Source: Paracoccus suum (GTDB lineage Bacteria; Pseudomonadota; Alphaproteobacteria; Rhodobacterales; Rhodobacteraceae). Taken from it: a DNA stretch of 32,000 nt. The DNA lies in the NCBI RefSeq assembly GCF_003324675.1, contig NZ_CP030918.1, positions 2,760,001-2,792,000 of the forward strand. The letters are read 5' to 3'. The notes beneath the pieces were generated by a model that saw only the letters and a list, made by a program, of their open reading frames with translations, ran no database searches and had not been told where the DNA came from. The position numbers and the translations under genes were made by a program. This document shows positions 7,074 through 16,022 of this stretch, one piece after another (position 1 is the first letter of the stretch; every line of letters starts with the position of its first letter).

Positions 7074-7949
7074 ATGCCCATGCAGCGCAAGCTGACACCC
7101 TATGTCCTAGTGGCACCGCTGATCATCCTGATGGCGATGTTCACCTACATTCCCATCCTGACGAGCCTAAACCTCAGCTTTCGGGAATGGGACTTCCTGT
7201 CCTCGGAAAAACCCTGGGTCGGGCTCGAGAACTATCAGCTGCTGTTCGCCTCGCATGACTTCAGGAACGCGCTCCGGGTTACTGCGCTGTTCGTCCTGAT
7301 CTCGGTTCCGATGCGGCTGGCGCTCGCGTTGGCGGCAGCCAGCTTTCTGACGCGGCAGACGCCAGCCACCCGCATCATGCGCGGCGCGCTATTCCTGCCG
7401 GCGGTCACATCGACGGTTTCGATCGGGGTGGTCTTTTCATGGGTGTTCGCGACGGACCAGGGTCTGGCGAACGCCGCCCTCGGATGGTTCGGCGCCCCCC
7501 GCATGCGGTGGTTGCAGGATCCCGCGCTAGCGCTTGGGGTGATCGTCTTCGTCAACACCTGGAAGCAACTGGGCTACGACGTCATCATCTACATCGCCGG
7601 CCTGCAGGCAATTCCGCCCGAACTCTATGACGCAGCCGCCGTTGACGGCGGCAGGCGCTTTCACGTCTTTCGCCGTGTGACCGTGCCACTGGTCATGCCG
7701 ACGACCTATTTTCTGCTCGTGATCTCGGTGATCGAGGCGTTCCAGATCTTCACCATCGTCGATGTGATGACCCATGGCGGCCCGGCAGGAGCCACGAACA
7801 TGCTGGTCAACGAGCTCTACAAGGTAGGCTTCAATCTCTTTGACATCGGCCAGGGCTCGGCCTTGGCGGTAATCCTGTTCGTGATCCTCGTCGGTCTGGC
7901 GCTGGTGAAGTCGCGGATCATCGGGGGACGGGTGCATTATGAAGCGTAG
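7074..7949 (+). CDS. ugpA: Sugar/G3P ABC transporter permease (MalF/UgpA-like)
   Basis: 291 aa, about 6 TM segments, EAA-type loop YDAAAVDGGRRFHVFRRVTVPL. An alternative start is ATG 7080. Confidence 0.85.
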   Translation: MPMQRKLTPYVLVAPLIILMAMFTYIPILTSLNLSFREWDFLSSEKPWVGLENYQLLFASHDFRNALRVTALFVLISVPMRLALALAAASFLTRQTPATRIMRGALFLPAVTSTVSIGVVFSWVFATDQGLANAALGWFGAPRMRWLQDPALALGVIVFVNTWKQLGYDVIIYIAGLQAIPPELYDAAAVDGGRRFHVFRRVTVPLVMPTTYFLLVISVIEAFQIFTIVDVMTHGGPAGATNMLVNELYKVGFNLFDIGQGSALAVILFVILVGLALVKSRIIGGRVHYEA

Positions 7950-8745
7950 TAACCTCTGGACCGCGCTCGCGGTTTGCACGGCGCTGATTTTCCTGTCGCC
8001 CGTGCTCTATTCCGTCTGGATGTCCTTCCAGACCTCTGACGCCTACTACACCGGCGGGATCGAGTTCACTTGGGACAACTATGGCCGCGCGGTCGGCCAA
8101 TACGGCTTTGCGCGCTATCTGCTGAACAGCATCGTCGTCTCGGGCATCGTCACGGTAGCCGGTCTGGTGGTCGCGGTCGCGGCGGCTTTTGCCTTCGCAC
8201 GCTTTACCTTCCCGGGGGGCAGCCTGATGTTCGCGGCGACCGTCGCCACGCTGATGATCCCCAGCCACATCAGCCTGATCCCCAACTACCTGACCCTCGC
8301 GAGGGTCGGCCTGCTGGACAGCTACGCAGGCTTGATCCTGCCGTCGATCGCTAGCGGCTTCGCGGCATTCTTCCTGCGCCAGTACATCCGCGGCATCCCC
8401 GTGGCACTGGACGAGGCCGCCTACATGGACGGCGCGACGCCCCTTAAGGTCCTTTGGCGCGTGATCGTCCCAATCGCCCGCCCGGCCATCCTGTCCATGG
8501 GTTTGTTCATCTTCATCGCGGAGTGGAACAACTACATCTGGCCGCTGGTCGCGGTCGGGAAAACCGAACTCTACACGCTGCAGGTCGGGCTCGCGCGTCT
8601 CTACCGGATCAACCCGGGCGAGGGGTTTCTTGACTGGCCGCTGATCATGGCCGCCTCGACCCTGACCATCCTGCCAGTGCTGCTCGGCTTCCTGCTGGTG
8701 GAGCGCCAGCTTGTGAGCGGGATCACGATGGGCGCTGTGAAATGA
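7939..8745 (+). CDS. ugpE: Sugar/G3P ABC transporter permease (MalG/UgpE-like)
   Basis: 268 aa, EAA loop DEAAYMDGATPLKVLWRVIVPIARP. It overlaps the ugpA 3' end by 11 nt. Confidence 0.85.
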   Translation: MKRSNLWTALAVCTALIFLSPVLYSVWMSFQTSDAYYTGGIEFTWDNYGRAVGQYGFARYLLNSIVVSGIVTVAGLVVAVAAAFAFARFTFPGGSLMFAATVATLMIPSHISLIPNYLTLARVGLLDSYAGLILPSIASGFAAFFLRQYIRGIPVALDEAAYMDGATPLKVLWRVIVPIARPAILSMGLFIFIAEWNNYIWPLVAVGKTELYTLQVGLARLYRINPGEGFLDWPLIMAASTLTILPVLLGFLLVERQLVSGITMGAVK

Positions 8746-8762
8746 CGAAAAGGACGAGTGAA

Positions 8763-9515
8763 ATGACCCGCATTGCATCCCATCGCGGCGGCACACTGGA
8801 GTTCGGGGATAGCGCCCCGGCGGGTTTTGCCGCCACCGCGCAGATGCCGCTGGAGGAGGTCGAGTTCGACGTCCACCCCACCCGCGACGGCGAAATCATC
8901 GTGCACCATGACGCGACGCTGGACCGGACCACCGACCGCACCGGCGCCATCGCCGAATTGCCTGCGGCCGAGGTGCTGTCAGCTCTCATTAACTATGGAC
9001 AAGGCGGCCATCCGCTGACGCTTGCCCAACTGTGCGAGGTGTTCGAGGGCAGCGCGGTCGCCTTTCGCTGCGAGATCAAGCCCGGCGCGGACGGCAGGCC
9101 CTATCCCGATTTCGTGCCCCGAGTTGTGGCGACGTTGTCGGAAAAAGGGCGTCTGGAGACCACCGTGTTTTCGTCCTTCCTGCTCGACTCGCTGACCGAA
9201 ATCGCGGCAGCCTGCGACCGACCGCGCCTGTGGCTGGTCAGCCCGCCGGTGCTGATGCAGCTCGGGGCCGAGGGCGTGATCGAGATCGCTCGCAGCCGCG
9301 GCATCCCCGAGGTCAGCGTGCACATTGATCAGGCCGACGCCGTGCTGATGGCGCAGGCACAGGCAGCTGGGCTGGATTTCGGCTGCTGGGCCGCGCACTC
9401 AGCCGCGCAGGTCTGCCGGGCGCTGGACCTGGGGGTCAAGGTCTTCACGACCGACCGCCCCTCGCTGGCGATCGCGCTGCGCACCCGTCACCTTCGTCGC
9501 GAGGATGTCCAATGA
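8763..9515 (+). CDS. ugpQ: Glycerophosphodiester phosphodiesterase (GDPD, UgpQ-like, cytoplasmic)
   Basis: IASHRGG...EFDVHPTRDGEIIVHHDATLDRTTDRTG is the GDPD catalytic signature. ATG 8763 is preceded by AAGGA. An alternative coupled start is ATG 8742 (ATGA overlap with the ugpE stop). Confidence 0.8.
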   Translation: MTRIASHRGGTLEFGDSAPAGFAATAQMPLEEVEFDVHPTRDGEIIVHHDATLDRTTDRTGAIAELPAAEVLSALINYGQGGHPLTLAQLCEVFEGSAVAFRCEIKPGADGRPYPDFVPRVVATLSEKGRLETTVFSSFLLDSLTEIAAACDRPRLWLVSPPVLMQLGAEGVIEIARSRGIPEVSVHIDQADAVLMAQAQAAGLDFGCWAAHSAAQVCRALDLGVKVFTTDRPSLAIALRTRHLRREDVQ

Positions 9516-10558
9516 GCGCGATCACTCTGCGGGACATCCGCAAATCCTATCCCCACGGGCCTCAGGTTCTGCACGGCATCTCGCTGGGCATCCACCCGGG
9601 CGAGTTCGTCGTCATTGTCGGCCCCTCAGGCTGCGGAAAATCCACGCTGCTGCGGCTGATCGCCGGGCTCGAGAGGACGCAAGAAGGCGACATCCTGATC
9701 GACGCCCAACGCGCGAACGATCTGGCGCCGCAGGACCGCGACATCGCGATGATCTTTCAGAACTACGCCCTCTATCCGCATATGACCGTGCGCGAGAATA
9801 TCGCCTTCGGGCTGGAACTGCGCGGGATGCCGCGCGTCCAGCGGCAGGCTCAGGCCGAGAAAGTGGCGGCAATGCTGCAACTGACGCCCTATCTGGACCG
9901 CAAGCCCAAGGCACTCTCTGGCGGGCAGCGCCAACGCGTCGCGATGGGACGCGCGATGGCGCGGAATGCCTCGATTTTCCTGATGGACGAGCCGCTGTCG
10001 AATCTCGACAATGCGCTGCGCGTCACCATGCGGACCGAGATCAAGCAGCTGCACCGGCAGGTCGGGGCGACAACCGTCTATGTCACCCATGACCAGACCG
10101 AGGCGCTGTCACTGGCGGACCGAATCGCCGTCATGAAGGACGGCCACCTGCAGCAATTCGACACGCCCAATGAGATCTACGACCGGCCGGCCAACATGTT
10201 TGTCGCCGGCTTCCTCGGGGCGCCGGGGATCAACTTCGTCCGTGCCGACGAGGTGCCCGATTATGCTGGTCCGACTGGGCTGGTCGTGGGTCTGCGGCCC
10301 GAGACGCTGAAAATCAGCGCCACGCAACCGCATAGCCCCGCTGTCCGCGGAAAGGTGCTGCTTTCCGAGATGTCTGGCGCGGAAGTCATCCTGCACTGCG
10401 ACACCGACCTCGGCAGCCTCACCATGACCGGTCCCCGCAAAGCCCTGCCGTCCAACCTGGACGAGGTCTGGGTTGGCATCGATATCGCCGAGGCGCTCTA
10501 TTTCGACGCGTCCTCGGGCATGCGGGTCCCCTCGCCCGAGGTGAGGGTGTCCGCTTGA
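9512..10558 (+). CDS. ugpC: ABC transporter ATP-binding protein, MalK/UgpC type
   Basis: Walker A GPSGCGKST, signature LSGGQRQRVAMGRA, Walker B IFLMDEPLSNLD, plus a C-terminal MalK-like regulatory/TOBE region. ATGA overlap with the GDPD stop. Confidence 0.9.
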   Translation: MSAITLRDIRKSYPHGPQVLHGISLGIHPGEFVVIVGPSGCGKSTLLRLIAGLERTQEGDILIDAQRANDLAPQDRDIAMIFQNYALYPHMTVRENIAFGLELRGMPRVQRQAQAEKVAAMLQLTPYLDRKPKALSGGQRQRVAMGRAMARNASIFLMDEPLSNLDNALRVTMRTEIKQLHRQVGATTVYVTHDQTEALSLADRIAVMKDGHLQQFDTPNEIYDRPANMFVAGFLGAPGINFVRADEVPDYAGPTGLVVGLRPETLKISATQPHSPAVRGKVLLSEMSGAEVILHCDTDLGSLTMTGPRKALPSNLDEVWVGIDIAEALYFDASSGMRVPSPEVRVSA

Positions 10559-11439
10559 ATATCCCCGCGCCGCTGCCGCGGGCATTGGGGGATTTGGTCG
10601 CCGATCATGCCGAACGGCTGACCGACGCCGATGCGCGGATCGTCGACGTCCTGATGCAGGATCCCATGCGGGCGGCGATGGAAAGCGGCAAAGAGGTGGC
10701 CGAGCGCGCAGGCGTTCACCCCGCCTCTGCGGTTCGCCTCGCGCGCCGGCTCGGCTTTGACGGTTACCCCGAGTTTCGCGCCTTCCTGCAAGCCAGCCTG
10801 ATCGACAGCGCCGACGGCGATTTCGACAGCGGGGCCGCCCGTGTCGCGGCGCGGCTCTTGCGCGCTCCGACAGGTGGCCTGCTATCGTCCATCCTGGACA
10901 GCGAAATCGCTGCATTGCAGCAGCTTCGCCACACGGTCGGCGACGACGATATCCGCGGGTTTTCTGAATCGCTGCGCGACGCGCGGCGGATTTTTGTCTA
11001 CGGGCTCGGCCACGCCGCTAGCTTGTCGGCCCTGATCACCCTGCGTCTTCGGCGGTCTGGCTATGACGCGCTCGACCTCGCGGGAATGCCGGACCTGGCC
11101 GAGACCCTGAACCGGATGTCCGCGGATGACGTCCTTTGGCTGACTTCCTTTCGCGAACCGCGGCCGCCGGTCCTCGCGCTGCGCGAAGTCGCGGCGGCTC
11201 GGGGTACTGACTTATTGCTGCTCAGCGACGCGAGCGGGCTGAGGATCAAGCCCGCACCCCAACGGCGGATCATCGTCTCACGAGGCGGAGCCGGTCACTC
11301 GCAGTCGCTACTGGTGCCGATGACCGTGGCCAATGCGGTGATCCTCGACCTCGCCGCGATCGACAACGGCCGCTCGGTCCAGGCGCTGCGGGAGTTTAGG
11401 AACTTTCGCGCGCGACTCGCGCCTGCCGTGCCCCGATGA
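10555..11439 (+). CDS. MurR/RpiR family transcriptional regulator (HTH_6 + SIS domain)
   Basis: N-terminal HTH (GKEVAERAGVHPASAVRLARRLGFDGYPEFR) followed by a SIS-like domain (RIFVYGLGHAASLS). The TTG start at 10555 overlaps the ugpC TGA (TTGA) and follows GAGGTGAGGG. No other in-frame start lies upstream of the HTH. Confidence 0.8.
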   Translation: MNIPAPLPRALGDLVADHAERLTDADARIVDVLMQDPMRAAMESGKEVAERAGVHPASAVRLARRLGFDGYPEFRAFLQASLIDSADGDFDSGAARVAARLLRAPTGGLLSSILDSEIAALQQLRHTVGDDDIRGFSESLRDARRIFVYGLGHAASLSALITLRLRRSGYDALDLAGMPDLAETLNRMSADDVLWLTSFREPRPPVLALREVAAARGTDLLLLSDASGLRIKPAPQRRIIVSRGGAGHSQSLLVPMTVANAVILDLAAIDNGRSVQALREFRNFRARLAPAVPR

Positions 11440-11636
11440 CGCGGACAAGCAATGCATTGAAACCCCAATGGGATCGCGTCAGGACGCAGCTTTCACGGCT
11501 GGGCGCGCGCAATTTGGCTTCCCTCTTGGGATCGCAATTTACCCATGATGTCGATCACGACTGTTCGAGTGGGGGATGGCAAGCCAGCAACTCCTACCCA
11601 GCGAGCAGCACTTGGCCGAACTCGCAAGATCCGCGC

Positions 11637-12401
11637 CTAATGCCCAACGATCTGGCTGAGAAACTGCTGCGTCCGAACGTTCCGCGGCGCGGAAAAGAAC
11701 GTGGTCGGGTCGCCCTCCTCCGCGATCACGCCGCCATCCATGAAGATCACTCGGTCGGCAACCCTCCGGGCAAATCCCATCTCGTGGGTGACGCAGAGCA
11801 TGGTCATGCCCTCCTCCGCCAGTTCGATCATGGTGTCGAGCACCTCCCGGATCATTTCCGGGTCCAGGGCCGAGGTCGGCTCGTCGAACAGCATGATCTG
11901 CGGCTTCATGCATAGGGCGCGGGCGATCGCGACCCGCTGCTGCTGTCCGCCGGACAGCTGCCCGGGGTACTTTCCTGCCTGCTCTGGGATCTTGACCTTG
12001 CCGAGGAAATGCATGGCCTCCGCCTCGGCTTCCTTACGGGATTTCTTGCGCGTCCATTGTGGCGCCAATGTGCAGTTTTCCAGGACCGTCATGTGCGGGA
12101 ACAGATTGAACTGCTGAAAGCACATCCCGACCTCGGCCCGGATCCGGTTCACGTTTTTCATGTCGGCCGTCAGCCGCGTTCCGACCACGTCGATGGTGCC
12201 CGATTGATGGTCCTCAAGCGCGTTGATGCAGCGCACGAGGGTGGACTTGCCCGAGCCGGAAGGGCCGCAGATTACGATCCGCTCGCCGCGTTTCACGTTC
12301 AGGTTGACATCCCGCAGCGCGTGGTAGGCGCCGTACCATTTGTTCAGGCCAGAAATCCGAATGACGGCGTCCGGCTCGTCATTTGTCGCAGCGGCGTTCA
12401 T
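11637..12401 (-). CDS. Polar amino-acid ABC transporter ATP-binding protein (GlnQ/HisP-like)
   Basis: Walker [10 protein letters not shown], signature [15 protein letters not shown], Walker [19 protein letters not shown] lies 8 nt upstream of ATG 12401. Confidence 0.9.
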   Translation of the reverse strand: MNAAATNDEPDAVIRISGLNKWYGAYHALRDVNLNVKRGERIVICGPSGSGKSTLVRCINALEDHQSGTIDVVGTRLTADMKNVNRIRAEVGMCFQQFNLFPHMTVLENCTLAPQWTRKKSRKEAEAEAMHFLGKVKIPEQAGKYPGQLSGGQQQRVAIARALCMKPQIMLFDEPTSALDPEMIREVLDTMIELAEEGMTMLCVTHEMGFARRVADRVIFMDGGVIAEEGDPTTFFSAPRNVRTQQFLSQIVGH

Positions 12402-12437
12402 CTAGAAGGCTCCTTTGAAACTGGCCGGCATGGCCAG

Positions 12438-13115
12438 TCACGTCGTCCTGCCGTCGTTGCGAAATTTTGTCTCGAGGTAGGACACGAGGCGCACCGCCGG
12501 CAGCAGCACGATCAGATACATGATGGCCGCCGCGATCAGCGGCGACGGGTTCGCGGTCAGCGCCTGCGCGTCCGTCGCCTGCTTCAGCAGATCGGGCATC
12601 GCCACCACCGAAGCCAGCGAGGTGTCTTTCGCGATGGCGATGGCATTCGAGGTCTGGGGCGGAATCGCGATCCGCATGGCCTGCGGCAGGATAACCTTCC
12701 AGATCGTGACCGGAAACGACAGCCCAAGCGCCGCGGCAGCCTCGGTCTGGCCGCGGGGGATGGCCTGAATGCCGGCGCGAAACACCTCGGCGGTAAAGGA
12801 CGAGAAGACAAGGCCCAGCGCCAGCGTCGCCGCCATGAAGGCATTCAACCGGATGCCGATGAACGGCAGGGCGTAATAGATGATGACCAGCAGCACCAGG
12901 ATCGGGATTGCCCGGAACAGATCGACATAGGCGATGGCGAGGCCGCGAAAGAACTTGGGCGCGTAAAGACGAACGAGGCAGATCAGCACGCCCGCTATTC
13001 CGCCGGCGACAATGGTCGTCGTTGCCAGCGCCACCGTATTGCCGCTGCCCTTCAGCAGCATCGGATAGATACGGAGGATGACCTCCGCATTCAGGAATGT
13101 GCTAATGAAATCCAT
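12438..13115 (-). CDS. Polar amino-acid ABC transporter permease (His/Glu/Gln/Arg/opine family)
   Basis: 225 aa, 5 TM-like segments, EAA loop TEAAAALGLSFPVTIWKVILPQAMR. Confidence 0.9.
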   Translation of the reverse strand: MDFISTFLNAEVILRIYPMLLKGSGNTVALATTTIVAGGIAGVLICLVRLYAPKFFRGLAIAYVDLFRAIPILVLLVIIYYALPFIGIRLNAFMAATLALGLVFSSFTAEVFRAGIQAIPRGQTEAAAALGLSFPVTIWKVILPQAMRIAIPPQTSNAIAIAKDTSLASVVAMPDLLKQATDAQALTANPSPLIAAAIMYLIVLLPAVRLVSYLETKFRNDGRTT

Positions 13116-13145
13116 CGAAGGCCGTTGTCCCAGGGTATGAGTAGC

Positions 13146-13165
13146 GCGCCGGCATGGGCCGGCGC
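13146..13165 (-). terminator. Intercistronic GC hairpin between the SBP and permease genes
   Basis: Perfect 8-bp stem GCGCCGGC (13146-13153), loop ATGG, GCCGGCGC (13158-13165), within the 60-bp gap 13116-13175. No T-tract, so it is more likely an mRNA-stability or attenuation element than a full terminator. Confidence 0.4.
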
Positions 13166-13175
13166 CGCCGGGTCG

Positions 13176-13958
13176 TCACTCTGCCTTGGGCAGGGGCAGT
13201 ACTGTTACGGTCGACGTGCCTGCTGCCGGCGCCACGCCAAGCCATTTTTCGTGGATCTTTGCGAGGGTGCCATCCTCCTTAATTGCAGAAACTGCGGCGT
13301 TCACCTTTTCGAGGTGCTTGGAGCCCTTGGGCATCATGATGCCAAAGCGGTCCCCGGTCGGGATCGTCTCGAGGATCTTGAGATCGGGCATCTGCCGGAA
13401 GGCATACTGGTATCCCGCAAGGTCCCCGACCGCCCCGTCGAGGCGACCCGCGCGCACGTCCAGCAGCAGGTCCTGTTGCGCCGTGTATCCGCGCACATTG
13501 GCGAAGCCGACCTTTTCGGTGTTGTCCTTGACCCAGTTCTCGGCCACCGACGAGGACAAGACGCCCACGGTCTTGCCCTTCATGTCGCCCATGCCGGCAA
13601 CCGCGCTGTCCTTGTTGGCGATCAGTGCGAGGTCGCTGTCGTAATAGCCTTGGGTGAAATCCTGGCTGCGCAAGCGCTCGTCCGTGATCGTGATGGTCGA
13701 AATCGCCATGTCGATGCGACCCGAGGAGATCGCAGCAAAGAGCGCCTGGAAGCCGAGGTCCTTGAACTCGATATCCATACCGATGCGCTTGCCGATTTCG
13801 TTCACCAGATCGACCTCGAACCCCTCAAAGGCGCTCTGCTCGTTCTTGAACTCCCACGGCGGGTTGGCCGGGTAGGCGCCAACGGTCAGCGTTTCGGCAG
13901 CCGCGGTTTGGCCAAGCATCGCTGCCGCGACCATCGACAGCACAAACTTCATCTTCAT
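13176..13958 (-). CDS. Polar amino-acid ABC transporter substrate-binding protein (SBP family 3)
   Basis: Signal peptide MKMKFVLSMVAAAMLGQTAAA, then the typical family-3 pattern (GFEVDL...GRIDMAISTITITDER...GIMMPKG). GGGGAGGA lies upstream of the ATG. Confidence 0.9.
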   Translation of the reverse strand: MKMKFVLSMVAAAMLGQTAAAETLTVGAYPANPPWEFKNEQSAFEGFEVDLVNEIGKRIGMDIEFKDLGFQALFAAISSGRIDMAISTITITDERLRSQDFTQGYYDSDLALIANKDSAVAGMGDMKGKTVGVLSSSVAENWVKDNTEKVGFANVRGYTAQQDLLLDVRAGRLDGAVGDLAGYQYAFRQMPDLKILETIPTGDRFGIMMPKGSKHLEKVNAAVSAIKEDGTLAKIHEKWLGVAPAAGTSTVTVLPLPKAE

Positions 13959-13987
13959 CGCAGTTCCTCCCCTTTGGTTCTTGTCAG

Positions 13988-14707
13988 TTAGCCGTCGCCG
14001 CGATTCACGACCGAGCGATAGATCGACATGGTGATTTGCACATGCTCGTCCAGCAGCGCGCTCGCCGCGTCCTGGTCGCGGTCGAGCGCGGCCTGCATCA
14101 GCTTGGTGTGGTGCTCATGCGAAAGCGCCGCGTGGAGCAGGTCCAGTGTATCGTCCGAATGCCGCCCCTCGCGATCCGGATTGATCGAGTCCGGGTGAAA
14201 CAGCAGCGCCTGGTGGTGACGTTGAAGCTGCTCCAGCGTCACGGCGTAGAATGACCTCAGCCAGGCGGACAGACCGGCTGCGATCAGCCGCATGTGAAAG
14301 CTGTCATGCGCGTCGATCCAGCGCTCGCGGTCTGCAACGGCCTCGCGCCCGATCGGCTGAGGGGTGTGCATCAGGCGATGATGCGCGGCGACCAGGTCGG
14401 ACTCCCACTCCATACCGCCATGGATGATGGATTCCCGCAGCAGCTGCTGTTCCAGCGACAGCCGTGCGGTTTCCAGATCGCTCAGTTCCTCGAACGAGAC
14501 CGCGGCCACGCGCCAACCGCAGTTTGGGCTAGCCACGACGAGTTGCTTTTCCTCAAGCCGCGACAAGGCCTCGCGCAGCGGCGTCGCGCTGATGCCATGC
14601 GCCTTCGCCAGGGCCGCAACCCTCAGCGGCGCGCCGGGCGCGTGTGTGCCATTGAGGATCGACCTCCTAAGCACATCGTAGGCGCTATCTGTTTTTCCAG
14701 GCTTCAT
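13988..14707 (-). CDS. GntR family transcriptional regulator, FadR/FCD subfamily
   Basis: Winged HTH (AYDVLRRSIL...LAKAHGISATPLREALSRLEEKQLV) plus a helical FCD-like C-terminal domain. I prefer ATG 14707 (MKPGKTDSAYDVL). The 14 codons up to the track's TTG at 14749 are AT-rich at third positions and look non-coding. Confidence 0.8.
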   Translation of the reverse strand: MKPGKTDSAYDVLRRSILNGTHAPGAPLRVAALAKAHGISATPLREALSRLEEKQLVVASPNCGWRVAAVSFEELSDLETARLSLEQQLLRESIIHGGMEWESDLVAAHHRLMHTPQPIGREAVADRERWIDAHDSFHMRLIAAGLSAWLRSFYAVTLEQLQRHHQALLFHPDSINPDREGRHSDDTLDLLHAALSHEHHTKLMQAALDRDQDAASALLDEHVQITMSIYRSVVNRGDG

Positions 14708-14719
14708 GCGATCTTGAAT

Positions 14720-14731
14720 ATCATATACGAT
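14720..14731. promoter_or_regulatory. Candidate GntR operator in the divergent GntR/kynU intergenic region
   Basis: ATCATATACGAT is a 10/12 palindrome centred on TATA. It lies in the AT-rich 65-bp gap (14708-14772) between the divergent operons. GntR-family operators are typically short AT-centred palindromes. Not verified. Confidence 0.3.
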
Positions 14732-14772
14732 TTGCGGTATCCACGACAAAATATGCTTTGGATCGGGAAGCC

Positions 14773-15999
14773 ATGACGCACAGTTCCCCCGTGCCGGCCA
14801 ACGGCGAAACAGCGCCGCTGTATCGCCGTCACCGCTTTTTGCTCGCGGACGATGTCACCTATCTGGATGGCAATTCGCTAGGCCCCCTGCCCAGGTCCGT
14901 GCCCGACCGCGTCGCGACCGCCGTGCGGGACGAATGGGGCGATTCGCTGGTAAAGGGCTGGAACGACGCCGGATGGTTCGGGCTACCCACCAAGGTCGCG
15001 CGGCGCATCGAACCGCTGATCGGTGCCGAGTCGCAGACGGTCTCGGTGGGCGATTCGACCTCGGTGAACCTATTCAAGGTTCTCAGCGCGGCGCTCAAAC
15101 TGGCAGGGCCACGCCGCCGCATTCTCTCGGATGCCGGCAATTTTCCCAGCGACCTCTACGTCGCGGACGGGTTGACCCGGCTTGTCGAGAGCGGGTTTCA
15201 CGTCACCGCCCTGCCCTGCGAAGATGTCGAGTCCGCGATCGGCGACGACGTCGCCATCGTCATGCTGACCGAGGTCGATTACCGCACCGGACGGCGGCGC
15301 GACATGAAAGCGGTGACCGAGGCCGCGCATGCATCCGGTGCAATCATCATCTGGGACCTGGCGCATTCCGCCGGCGCATTTCCCGTCCGGCTGGCCGATT
15401 GTGGCGCGGATTTTGCGGTCGGCTGCGGCTACAAATTCCTGAACGGCGGCCCCGGCGCGCCGGCCTTCCTATACGTCGCGCCGCGCCACGCCGATGCATT
15501 CACGCCGGCCATCGCGGGTTGGATGGGTCATGCCGACCCTTTCGCTTTCGACTCGTCCTACCGCCCAGCGGCCGGAATCCAGAAAATGCAGGCCGGGACG
15601 CCGGCCATCCTGTCACTGACGGCGCTGGACGAGGCGCTGACCCTCTATGACGATGTCGACCTGTGCGAACTGCAGGCGGCCTCTCAGAAGTTGGGCGATC
15701 TTTTCATCGAGGCTGTCGAGACACGCTGCCCCGATCTGGTCCTGGCATCGCCGCGCGCGGCGGCTGAGCGCGGCAGCCAGGTCTCGTTCCGTCACCCGCA
15801 GGGCTACGCGGTCATGCGGGCGCTGATCGACCGTAACGTGATCGGCGATTTCCGCGCGCCCGACATCCTGCGCTTCGGGATCACTCCGCTCTACACGAAC
15901 GAGGGCGACATCCGCCACGCCGCCGACGTCCTCTATCAGGTCCTGCGCGACCGGCTGTGGGATCGCGAGGCGTATCGCGTCCGCGCCGCTGTGACATGA
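14773..15999 (+). CDS. kynU: Kynureninase (PLP-dependent, aminotransferase class V fold)
   Basis: YLDGNSLGPLP, VKGWNDAGWF, SVNLFKVL and the PLP-lysine motif GCGYKFLNGGPGAPAF. About 408 aa. ATG 14773 follows GGGAAG. The track start is TTG 14758. Confidence 0.8.
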   Translation: MTHSSPVPANGETAPLYRRHRFLLADDVTYLDGNSLGPLPRSVPDRVATAVRDEWGDSLVKGWNDAGWFGLPTKVARRIEPLIGAESQTVSVGDSTSVNLFKVLSAALKLAGPRRRILSDAGNFPSDLYVADGLTRLVESGFHVTALPCEDVESAIGDDVAIVMLTEVDYRTGRRRDMKAVTEAAHASGAIIIWDLAHSAGAFPVRLADCGADFAVGCGYKFLNGGPGAPAFLYVAPRHADAFTPAIAGWMGHADPFAFDSSYRPAAGIQKMQAGTPAILSLTALDEALTLYDDVDLCELQAASQKLGDLFIEAVETRCPDLVLASPRAAAERGSQVSFRHPQGYAVMRALIDRNVIGDFRAPDILRFGITPLYTNEGDIRHAADVLYQVLRDRLWDREAYRVRAAVT

Positions 16000-16022
16000 C
16001 AACCACTGGGGAGGATTCTGCC

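Noticed and set aside
11450-11459. Perfect 10-bp palindrome CAATGCATTG just after the RpiR stop, and a repeated TGGGATCGC in the 11440-11636 gap
   Set aside because: About 30 perfect 10-bp palindromes are expected by chance in 32 kb (one per 4^5 positions). There is no supporting context, and I could not build a convincing terminator in this convergent gap either.
12009-13991. 660-aa plus-strand ORF spanning the whole amino-acid ABC operon region
   Set aside because: It runs antisense to three well-supported minus-strand genes with clear ABC motifs. The translation is low-complexity and Arg/Gly/His/Asp-rich with no recognisable domain. It is a typical stop-poor shadow frame of GC-rich DNA.
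14708-14749. 14-codon N-terminal extension of the GntR(FCD) gene from TTG 14749
   Set aside because: The codons are AT-rich at third positions (ata, caa, gta, tat, gat, att), unlike the rest of the gene. That start would leave only 8-23 bp for two divergent promoters. ATG 14707 gives a typical GntR N-terminus.
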